Part shown: positions 1 through 7,442 of the stretch, one piece after another
How positions within the stretch are numbered: the stretch's first letter is position 1
Layout: each line of letters starts with the position of its first letter
Assembly (NCBI GenBank): GCA_023438885.1
Contig: JAEXPS010000008.1
Location: 35-64,034 of the forward strand
Length of the DNA stretch: 64,000 bases
Origin: Actinomycetes bacterium
GTDB lineage: Bacteria; Actinomycetota; Actinomycetes; Actinomycetales; Cellulomonadaceae
Reading direction: 5' to 3'
Notes under the pieces: model-generated
Databases searched by the model: none
Told to the model about the DNA's origin: nothing
The model's input: the letters and a program-made list of their open reading frames with translations, nothing else
Program-made: the position numbers and the translations under genes

Positions 1-14
1 CGGCTGTGCGCCTT

Positions 15-1187
15 CTACGGCTCGACCTCGGCCTTCTCCTGCTTGGTGGCGAGGTACGCCGCCCCGAGGCCGAGTGCGCCGAGGGTGCCGGCCAGCCCGA
101 TCGGGACCGCCGAGGTCGCCATCAGCTCACCGCCGGTGGCAGCCACCGGGCCCGACGTCGGGTCGTCCTCGGCCAGAACCACGGTGGTCGGCTCACCCTC
201 CGTCGCGACCGTCTCGGCGGGCACGACGGCGGGCTCCTCGTCCGTTGCCTCGTCCGTTGCCTCGTCCGTCGGCTCGTCGATCAGCACCTCGTCCGTCGGC
301 TCGTCCGTCGGCTCGTCCGTCGGCTCCTCGATCAGCACCTCGTCCGTCGGCTCGAAGCCCGTGGCGTCCCCTCGGAAGAAGGACACGTGGCTGATGTCCG
401 GGGCCTGGCCGCCGTTGTTCACGAGGAGCCCCACGGTCGACAGCGTCACCACATCGCCCTTCTCGAAGAAGTAGGGAAAGTCGAGCACGACGTGCGCGTT
501 GCTTCCCTTCAGGACGAGCCGGCTGATCTCGACGTCCCGGTCGAAGGTGATCGCGATCGTCTTGCCGTCCAGCATCGTCCACGAGACGCCGGCGGCGTGA
601 GTCCCCTGGGCCTGCGGGGAGTCGATCTTGAAGTCCGAGCCCGAGTCGTTACCGGCAATCTGTGCGGAAGCGACCAGATCGATGCGGCGGTCACCTCGCG
701 TGAGGTAAGCGGTCACGGTGCTGGTCTCCGCCTTCGGCTCCTCCTGAGCCGGCGCGGCCGACACAGTCATCGGCCCGTCCGGGATCGACTCGGATGCGGG
801 CTCGGTGGTCGGCTCCGCCTCGAGGGCGTCGTCGGCCGCGGTCCCGGGCGTCGCCTCGAGCGCGACCTCCGGCTGGACGTCATCTGCTGGCGAGGCCGCT
901 GGACCCGGCTCGACAGCCTCGACGTCGCCGGTCCCGTTCTGGTCGCCGGGCTCCGTCTGCTCGGAACCGGCCGCGACAGGCGCATCCTGAGACTCCGTCT
1001 GCTCGGAACCGGCGGCGACAGGCGCGTCCTGATCCGTGACGAGCTGCTCGGAAGCGGCCGCGACGGGCGCGTCCTGATCCGTGGCCAGCTCGTCGGCGGA
1101 CGCCGGGGCGATCGGGGCGATCACCATCATGGCGGCCGTTCCGACCGCAGCGCCGAGCCGAGCCGGGGCGCCAAGTCTGTTCCTCAT
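15..1187 (-). CDS. Secreted, acidic, repeat-rich cell-surface protein with a sortase-type C-terminal sorting signal
   Basis: ATG at 1187 with AGGGAGG RBS; signal peptide (MRNRLG...APASA); C-terminal VAATG motif, hydrophobic segment and short tail; internal tandem repeats; divergent from a sortase gene. Confidence 0.75.
   Translation of the reverse strand: MRNRLGAPARLGAAVGTAAMMVIAPIAPASADELATDQDAPVAAASEQLVTDQDAPVAAGSEQTESQDAPVAAGSEQTEPGDQNGTGDVEAVEPGPAASPADDVQPEVALEATPGTAADDALEAEPTTEPASESIPDGPMTVSAAPAQEEPKAETSTVTAYLTRGDRRIDLVASAQIAGNDSGSDFKIDSPQAQGTHAAGVSWTMLDGKTIAITFDRDVEISRLVLKGSNAHVVLDFPYFFEKGDVVTLSTVGLLVNNGGQAPDISHVSFFRGDATGFEPTDEVLIEEPTDEPTDEPTDEVLIDEPTDEATDEATDEEPAVVPAETVATEGEPTTVVLAEDDPTSGPVAATGGELMATSAVPIGLAGTLGALGLGAAYLATKQEKAEVEP
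237..354. repeat. Intragenic 12-bp tandem repeat (TDEP/TDEA) with a 51-bp higher-order unit
   Basis: Repeated ctcgtccgt(tgc/cgg); tcgatcagcacctcgtccgtcggc occurs at 277 and 328. Confidence 0.9.
951..1090. repeat. Intragenic 42-45-bp tandem repeat, 3 copies (QDAPVAAxSEQ)
   Basis: Three near-identical copies of ctgctcggaa...gcgac(a/g)ggcgc(a/g)tcctga. Confidence 0.9.
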
Positions 1188-1427
1188 GGTGACCTCCCTG
1201 TTCGGTGCTGACGCCATCGAGTCTCGCGATCAGCACGAGCCCCCCAACCGCACGGACGCGCGTTTGGGTGCCGTCACGGCACGAACTGGGTGGGCCGGTC
1301 CCGCGCCCGGGGGGCGACGGGGCCCCGCCGGTCCCGCGAGCCCGTCGCGGAGGCCGGCGTGACACGCGCACACACCGCCGTTGGCGAGGACGATGCTGAG
1401 GTAGCCGGCGAGAGAGGGTGGCGATCG

Positions 1428-2057
1428 ATGCGGAACGGGTGGCGCATCCTCTGGTCGGTCGTCGCGGCTGTGTGCCTGGCCGGCGCCGCGGTGCTCGTCT
1501 GGCTCTCCCAACGTCCCGCACCGGAGGACGCCCTCGTGGACCTCGACGGCAACCCCGTGGTGCTGGAGGACCCGCCGGACGCGCAGGCTGCCGACCCGGT
1601 ACCCACCGGTGGGCGCTTCATTGCCCCGGCGCAGGACCTCGACGTGCCGCTGAGCGAGATGAGCGTCGTCGACAACGTCATCAACCCGCCGACGCTGACC
1701 GACGCGTTCCTGGTCCGCGGGTTCGGTTCGCCGCACGTGCCAGGAACCGGCCTCGTCGTGGTCGCGATGCACGCGGTGCGCGGCGGCAACGCGCCCGGCA
1801 ACGCGTTCTTCGACATGGGCGCCACCGCGTCGCCGGTCACCGTCGCCGCCGGCGATCCGCTCGAGGTGGACGGCGTGCGCTACGTCGTCACGGGTACTCA
1901 GGTGCTGGGCAAGGCCGCCGCCTCGACGTCCGACGAGATCTGGGCCGATCCGGCCGGTCGCGAGGGCGAGCTCCTGGTGCTCACCTGCCTCCAGAGGGCC
2001 ACCGAGACCGGCTCCGCGCGGGACAACCTCGTGGTCTTCGCCACCCGCTCCGACTGA
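1428..2057 (+). CDS. Class F sortase
   Basis: N-terminal TM anchor; catalytic His (AMH) and Cys (LTC); C-terminal NLVVFA typical of class F; GAGGG upstream of the ATG. Confidence 0.8.
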   Translation: MRNGWRILWSVVAAVCLAGAAVLVWLSQRPAPEDALVDLDGNPVVLEDPPDAQAADPVPTGGRFIAPAQDLDVPLSEMSVVDNVINPPTLTDAFLVRGFGSPHVPGTGLVVVAMHAVRGGNAPGNAFFDMGATASPVTVAAGDPLEVDGVRYVVTGTQVLGKAAASTSDEIWADPAGREGELLVLTCLQRATETGSARDNLVVFATRSD

Positions 2058-2072
2058 GCACAGGTACGACAA

Positions 2073-2106
2073 AGGGCCGCTGACCAGGACGTGGGTCAAC
2101 GGCCCT
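2073..2106. terminator. Hairpin between the converging sortase and tRNA-Val genes
   Basis: agggccgctgacc ... ggtcaacggccct inverted repeat. Confidence 0.6.
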
Positions 2107-2115
2107 CTCGTTCGG

Positions 2116-2187
2116 TGGGCGATACTGGGTTCGAACCAGTGACCTCCTCGGTGTGAACGAGGCGCTCTACCACTGAGCCAATCGCCC
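2116..2187 (-). tRNA. tRNA-Val (CAC)
   Basis: Cloverleaf GGGCGATT...GGTTCGAACC...ATCGCCCA; anticodon arm CCTCG-TTCACAC-CGAGG; CCA not encoded; TACGAT -10 upstream. Confidence 0.95.
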
Positions 2188-2417
2188 GTCGTCGTACGAC
2201 GCCGAAGAGGATCGTAGCGGTTCGGACGGGTGAACTCCGAACCGGACTCTGGACGACAACCCGGACAATCCGTCAGGCTTGGCTTCGCTGGGGGCCACGG
2301 CGAACGAGTTGACCTGTGGCATGCGCCCGGGTGAAGAACATCAATCCGGGTTCATGTTCTGCCGATGCACCGAGCATCATGGGCTAGACGTACGTATGCC
2401 ATTCAACGGGAGGCTCC

Positions 2418-2846
2418 GTGACGAACTCGTCGTTCGACGTGCTGGAGGTCGTCGCGATGCAGCTCATCGGGGCTGACGCGAGCGTCCTCCCCGTCACGAC
2501 CGAGCTCGGCTTCCGGACCAGCGACCCCTACACCGTGCGTGCGACCTTCCGCGGCGCCCAGTCGACATCGACGTGGCTGATCGGGCGCGAGCTGCTCGAC
2601 CAGGGCGTGCACGCGACCGCGGAGGAGCCGGCCGGCGCCGGCGACGTGCAGGTCTGGCGCGACGAGGACCCTGAGTACCTGCTGATCTCGCTGTCCGGGA
2701 TCGAGGGCAGCGCGCTGCTGGCCGCCCCCGCCGAGCCTGTGGTGCGCTTCCTGGCCGCTACCGAGTCGCTGGTGCCGCTGGGCGGCGAGAGCGAGCGGAT
2801 GGAGTCGGAGATCAGCGCGCTGATCGCGACGCTGCTCACGGCCTGA
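2418..2846 (+). CDS. ssgB: SsgA-like family cell division regulator (SsgB-like)
   Basis: DPYTV, W-x-x-GRELL, GAGDVQVW and FL..T..LVP.G.E motifs; GGGAGG RBS; next to tRNA-Val. Confidence 0.85.
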   Translation: MTNSSFDVLEVVAMQLIGADASVLPVTTELGFRTSDPYTVRATFRGAQSTSTWLIGRELLDQGVHATAEEPAGAGDVQVWRDEDPEYLLISLSGIEGSALLAAPAEPVVRFLAATESLVPLGGESERMESEISALIATLLTA

Positions 2847-3882
2847 GCCCACCCGAGGCGAGCGCCACCAGGCGCCGCGCCTTCAGTTGCGTCTCGTCCC
2901 ACTCCGCACCCGGGTCGCTCCCCCACGTGATGCCCGCTCCTGTGCCGAAGCGGAGCTGCCCCTGGGCCCACCAGAAGGTGCGGATGCCGACGGCCAGACG
3001 TGCGACGACGGCACCGGACCGCCCCACCCTGGCCCAGCCGACGAGTCCGCAGTAGGGACCGCGCGGCACGGGCTCCAGCTCTCCGATGATCCGCAGCGCG
3101 GAGCTCTTCGGTGCCCCGGACACCGACCCGGGCGGGTACGTCGCCTCCAGCAGACGCGGCCACAGATCCGGCCCCTCGGCGACCTCGTCGAGGAGACGCC
3201 CGGTCACCGTCGACACCAGGTGCACCAGGCCCGGGTGGTGCTCCACGGCGAGCAGGGACGTGACGCGGACCGTGCCAGGGCGGCACACGCGCTGCAGGTC
3301 GTTGCGCACCAGGTCCGTGATCATGACGTTCTCGGCACGGTCCTTCTCACCCAGGCCGGCGGCCGCCGTCGCGGTCCCCTTGATGGGGCCCGACGACACG
3401 CGTCGGCGGCGCACCTCGAGGAACAGCTCCGGGGACGCGGTCACCAGCCACGCGCCCTCGTCGCCCCCCTGCGGCGGGATGTCCACCAGGCCCGCGTAGG
3501 GCGCGGGGTTGCCGGCTGCCAGGAGGCGCCCCAGCGCGCCCGCATCCGGCCGCTCGCACGGAGCGGCGAGCACGCGGCAGAGGTTCGCCTGGTAGACGTC
3601 GCCCGCACGGATCCGCTCACGGACCGTCTCGACGGCGCTGAGATAGCCCGCCCGGTCCAGCGACGTGGTCCACGCTGTGGGGAGCGGCCCTCGCCACGTG
3701 CCCTCGTCGGGCGCCGCCGGCTCGACGCGATCGAACCGCCACGCTCTCACCCGCCCCTCGAAGTCGCCGACGAGGGCCCACCAGCCCGCTCCCAGCGGTT
3801 GGGTGAGCACGTCGACCGACTCGACGACGCCTGAGCCCTGCGTGTCCCCGAAGCGGGCACGGCCGGGGCGGACCGCCGCCAT
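2836..3882 (-). CDS. Chorismate-binding protein (anthranilate/aminodeoxychorismate synthase component I-like)
   Basis: GDVYQANL, SPELFL, PIKGT, AENVMITDLVRNDL, PPGSVSGAPK, GAGITWGSDP..EW.ET..K motifs. Confidence 0.9.
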   Translation of the reverse strand: MAAVRPGRARFGDTQGSGVVESVDVLTQPLGAGWWALVGDFEGRVRAWRFDRVEPAAPDEGTWRGPLPTAWTTSLDRAGYLSAVETVRERIRAGDVYQANLCRVLAAPCERPDAGALGRLLAAGNPAPYAGLVDIPPQGGDEGAWLVTASPELFLEVRRRRVSSGPIKGTATAAAGLGEKDRAENVMITDLVRNDLQRVCRPGTVRVTSLLAVEHHPGLVHLVSTVTGRLLDEVAEGPDLWPRLLEATYPPGSVSGAPKSSALRIIGELEPVPRGPYCGLVGWARVGRSGAVVARLAVGIRTFWWAQGQLRFGTGAGITWGSDPGAEWDETQLKARRLVALASGGLRP

Positions 3883-3890
3883 CGGCGGGC

Positions 3891-4655
3891 CTACTGCGCC
3901 GTCCAGCCGCCGTCGACGACCAGCACCGTGCCGGTGACGAGGCCGGCGGCCGGCGACGCGAGGTAGCGGACGGCGGCGGCGACGTCCGCCGTGGTGCCGA
4001 CGCGGCCCACGGGGACGCGGGTGAGCACCTCAGCCGCGAACGCGGGGTCGTCGAGCCGATCCGCCGTGCCCGGGGTGCGGACGAAGGTGGGGGCGACCGC
4101 GTTGACGGTGACGCCGAAGGGCGCCCACTCCAGGGCGAGCACCTTGGTCAACATGTTCACTGCACCCTTGCTCGCGGAGTACACGGCGTGACGTCGGATG
4201 CCGACCAGCCCGGCCTGCGACGACAGGCTGACGATCCGGCCGTAGCCGCGCTCCACCATGCCGCGGGCCACCGCCTGGGTGACGAAGAAGAGGCCCCGGG
4301 CGTTCACCGCCATCATCTGGTCCCAGTCGTCCTCGGTGACGTCCAGGGCGTCGTGGTTGAAACCGAGGCCGGCGTTGTTCACCAGGATGTCGATGCGGCC
4401 CTGCTCGTCCTCCAGGCGGGCCACCGCGGCACGGACCGCGGCGACGTCGCTGACGTCCATCGGCACGGCGATCGCCCGCCCGCCCGCCGTTCGGATCTGC
4501 TCCACCACGTCGCCGAGCTCGGCGGCCGAGCGGCCGGCCGCGGCGACGGTCGCCCCCGCCGTCGCCAACGCGATCGCCAGGTCCCTGCCGATGCCCCGTG
4601 ACGCCCCTGTCACGAGCGCGACCTGCCCGTTGATCCCGAAGTCGACGTCGTCCAC
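3891..4655 (-). CDS. SDR family NAD(P)-dependent oxidoreductase
   Basis: TGASRGIG, NNAG, YSASK motifs; leaderless GTG 6 nt after TAGCCT. Confidence 0.9.
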   Translation of the reverse strand: MDDVDFGINGQVALVTGASRGIGRDLAIALATAGATVAAAGRSAAELGDVVEQIRTAGGRAIAVPMDVSDVAAVRAAVARLEDEQGRIDILVNNAGLGFNHDALDVTEDDWDQMMAVNARGLFFVTQAVARGMVERGYGRIVSLSSQAGLVGIRRHAVYSASKGAVNMLTKVLALEWAPFGVTVNAVAPTFVRTPGTADRLDDPAFAAEVLTRVPVGRVGTTADVAAAVRYLASPAAGLVTGTVLVVDGGWTAQ

Positions 4656-4798
4656 GGCGGCAGGCTACCTGCGCTCGGCCGTCCGCCACCCGGCCGTGAC
4701 ACGAGCCCACGGGGTGACGAGCCGGTTGGACTCTGGGCGCCGCCCTCGGCTAAAGTCGTCGACGCACCAAGGGAAGCCCGAGAGGGCGGACGTGGCGT

Positions 4799-4870
4799 GC
4801 GGACGTGGCTCAGGGGTAGAGCATCACCTTGCCAAGGTGAGGGTCGCGGGTTCGAATCCCGTCGTCCGCT
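4799..4870 (+). tRNA. tRNA-Gly (GCC)
   Basis: GCGGACG...CGTCCGC acceptor stem; anticodon arm CACCT-TGCCA-AGGTG; TAAAGT -10 at 4751. Confidence 0.95.
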
Positions 4871-4914
4871 CGGAGGCATCCACCTCGGCATACGCCGTTG
4901 GAGACGCCGACTGC

Positions 4915-4985
4915 GGTGGAGTGGCCGAGAGGCGAGGCAGCGGCCTGCAAAGCCGTATACACGGGTTCGAATCCCGTCTCCACCT
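4915..4985 (+). tRNA. tRNA-Cys (GCA)
   Basis: GGTGGAG...CTCCACC acceptor stem; anticodon loop CTGCAAA; GGTTCGAATCC T-arm. Confidence 0.95.
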
Positions 4986-5004
4986 CGGAGAGCACTACCC
5001 AGAC

Positions 5005-5079
5005 GGGCGATTGGCGCAGCGGGAGCGCGCTTCCCTGACACGGAAGAGGTCACTGGTTCGATCCCAGTATCGCCCACCA
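5005..5079 (+). tRNA. tRNA-Val (GAC)
   Basis: GGGCGAT...ATCGCCCACCA; anticodon arm CTTCC-CTGACAC-GGAAG; CCA encoded. Confidence 0.95.
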
Positions 5080-5096
5080 GCTTTGTGAGCAGGTCA

Positions 5097-5128
5097 CAGG
5101 CCGTCCCGGTCATCCACGGGGCGGCCTG
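5097..5128. terminator. Hairpin after the tRNA cluster, between converging transcripts
   Basis: caggccgtcccg ... cggggcggcctg. Confidence 0.6.
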
Positions 5129-5167
5129 GTCGTTCGTGGCGCCTTGCCGCACCCGCTCACCGCCCCG

Positions 5168-6661
5168 TCAGGACGCCGAGCGCCCGACCCGGGACGGCGC
5201 GCGAACCCCGGTGACGGCCGGAGCGTGCTCCTGCGCCGATGCGGGCGCCGACGCTGCCGCCGGAGCCTTCGCGGACGCGAAGCTGACCCAGGCGTCCAGA
5301 CCGCCACCGGGCCGCGCGTCGAGCCCCACCCGCGCGCCGGTCGCCCGCGCCAGCTCGGCCACGATCGACAGCCCCAACCCCGTCCCCGTGCCGTCCGCGC
5401 GGCCGCGCCAGAAGCGGTCGAAGGCGCGGGCACGCCCCTGGTCGGACAGGCCCGGGCCCTCGTCGAGCACGTGGACCTCGACCCGGCGGGCGTCGGCGTC
5501 GACGACGACCGCGACCGTGCCCCCCTCCGGGCTCACCGACAGCGCGTTGTCCAGGTAGTTGTCGAGCACCTGGACGAGCGCGTCCTCGGCGCACGTGCCC
5601 CAGGCCGCCTCCGGACCACGGCTCTCCAAGGTGACACAGCGCTCCGCGGCCAGCGCCTGCCAGAAGGCCACCCTGCCTCGCGCCGCCCGGGCGACGTCGA
5701 GAGGCTCCAGCCGGAGGGTGGCGCTCTCGGCCCGGCTCAGCGCGAGCAGCGACTCGATGGTGGCGTCGAGCCGGTCCACCTCGTGCTCGGCCGCGGCCAG
5801 CCGCCCGGCGACCTCGTCCGAAGCGGCCAGCTCGCGTGCCCGCTCGAGCCGCAGGCGCAGCGCTGTCAGCGGCGTGCGGAGCTGGTGCGAGGCATCTGCC
5901 GCGAAGTGGCGCTGTCGTTCGACCGTGTCCGCGAGCCGCGCCGCCATCACGTTGAAGGACCGGGCCAACGAGCGGATCTCCTCCGCTCCGCGGTCCGCCT
6001 GGGCGCGTGCCGCGAAGTCGCCGCCGGCGAAGCCCTCGGTCAGGCTCGTCAGCGCGCGCAGCTGCCGCGTGACCCCGCGGGCGACGACGACGGCCGCGAT
6101 CCCGGCGATCAGCACGGTGGTGAGCGCGACGACGCCCAGCCGTCCGAGCTTTGCGTTCACCGCCGCGGTGACATCGGAGGCGGCGTAGGTCAGCCGGACC
6201 GTGCCGACCACCGCCTCGCCGTTGAGCACCGGGACGGCGACGTAGAGCAGCTCCGCGTCGAGAACCTCGGAGTACCGCGTCCCGGTGGCGATCCCGCCGT
6301 CCAGCGCCGTGGAGCTCTCCGGCCGGGAGCCGTAGCCCTGCCCGATGCGGGAGTCGTCGTCGTCACTGGTGACGATCGCGACGCCCAGCTCGTCCGTCAC
6401 CACCACCCGGGCGCCCGACGACTCGTGGTACTGCCGCACCAGGTTCGTCACCGCCCGGTGGCTCGCCGCATCCGCGAGTACGTCGTCCGTGTGCTCGAGC
6501 ACCTCGGTGCTGCGGCCCGCCATGACGAACGCGTCACGCTCGAGCCCGGTCAGGATGCGCGCCCGCTCGCTGTGTGCCAGATAGCTGCTGACCGGGATCA
6601 GCAGGGTGAGGACGGCGAGGAGTGCGACGCCCATCGTCGCCAGCGCGTACCGCTTGATCAC
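5168..6661 (-). CDS. HAMP-domain sensor histidine kinase
   Basis: Two TM segments around an extracytoplasmic domain; HAMP; H-box ASHQLRTPL; N-box NYLDNAL; DEGPG, RFWRG and GTGLGL boxes; GTG overlaps the regulator stop. Confidence 0.9.
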   Translation of the reverse strand: MIKRYALATMGVALLAVLTLLIPVSSYLAHSERARILTGLERDAFVMAGRSTEVLEHTDDVLADAASHRAVTNLVRQYHESSGARVVVTDELGVAIVTSDDDDSRIGQGYGSRPESSTALDGGIATGTRYSEVLDAELLYVAVPVLNGEAVVGTVRLTYAASDVTAAVNAKLGRLGVVALTTVLIAGIAAVVVARGVTRQLRALTSLTEGFAGGDFAARAQADRGAEEIRSLARSFNVMAARLADTVERQRHFAADASHQLRTPLTALRLRLERARELAASDEVAGRLAAAEHEVDRLDATIESLLALSRAESATLRLEPLDVARAARGRVAFWQALAAERCVTLESRGPEAAWGTCAEDALVQVLDNYLDNALSVSPEGGTVAVVVDADARRVEVHVLDEGPGLSDQGRARAFDRFWRGRADGTGTGLGLSIVAELARATGARVGLDARPGGGLDAWVSFASAKAPAAASAPASAQEHAPAVTGVRAPSRVGRSAS

Positions 6662-7329
6662 GCCGGCACCTCGAACCTGAACCCGACGCCTCGCACCGCC
6701 TCGATCCAGGCCGGGGAGCCGAGCTTGCGCCGCAGCGCCGCCACGTGGGCGTCGAGGGTCTTGGTGGTGCCGAACCACTCCGTGTCCCACACGTCACGCA
6801 CGATGTCCGCGCGCCGGTGCACCGCACCCGGGTCCGCCGACAGGTACGCGAGGAGCGAGAACTCGGTCGGGGTCAGGTGCACCTGGCCGTCGTCCAGCCA
6901 GACGCGCTGGGACCGGCGGTCCACGGTCAGCCGGCCGAGGTGCACCGTCGTCGGCGCCTGCGGGGAGGACGACCGTCCGCGCCGGCTCACCGCTCGGATC
7001 CGGGCGATCAGCTCGCGGATCCCGAAGGGCTTGACCAGATAGTCGTCGGCTCCCATCTCGAGGGCCAGCACACGGTCGATCTCGCTCGACCGCGCGGACA
7101 CGACGATCACGGGGACGTCCGAACGCGCCCGGATCGCCCGGCACACGTCGGTGCCGTCGACATCCGGGAGCCCCAGGTCGAGGATCACCAGCTCGACTCC
7201 CCCGTCGCGGAGGCGGTCGAGGCAGGCACGTCCCGTCGCCGCCCGCACCACCGCGTGCCCAGCCCCGCCGAGCGCGTCGCACAGGCCGTCGGCGACTGAG
7301 TCGTCGTCCTCGACCACCAGCACCAGCAC
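6658..7329 (-). CDS. OmpR/PhoB family response regulator
   Basis: VVEDD, LDLGLPD, GADDYLVKPF, winged helix LTPTEF...VRGVGFRF; leaderless GTG after GACAAT. Confidence 0.92.
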   Translation of the reverse strand: MLVLVVEDDDSVADGLCDALGGAGHAVVRAATGRACLDRLRDGGVELVILDLGLPDVDGTDVCRAIRARSDVPVIVVSARSSEIDRVLALEMGADDYLVKPFGIRELIARIRAVSRRGRSSSPQAPTTVHLGRLTVDRRSQRVWLDDGQVHLTPTEFSLLAYLSADPGAVHRRADIVRDVWDTEWFGTTKTLDAHVAALRRKLGSPAWIEAVRGVGFRFEVPA

Positions 7330-7402
7330 GTGCCTATTGTCCGGTTTGCGAGGTGCTGGAGCGAGTCCCGACGACGGGATCCGCTGGGTGAACCTGCGGC
7401 GT

Positions 7403-7435
7403 GCCGCCGGGGCGGGGCACCCCCACCCCGGCGGC
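7403..7435. terminator. GC-rich hairpin downstream of the multicopper oxidase gene
   Basis: gccgccgggg ... ccccggcggc. Confidence 0.6.
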
Positions 7436-7442
7436 GTCACCG

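Noticed and set aside
237..354. Regularly repeated units as a possible CRISPR array
   Set aside because: In-frame coding tandem repeats with no unique spacers and no cas genes
5084..5098. TGTGA-GCAGG-TCACA as a CRP/GlxR site
   Set aside because: The spacer is 5 nt rather than 6, and it lies between converging genes with no promoter to regulate
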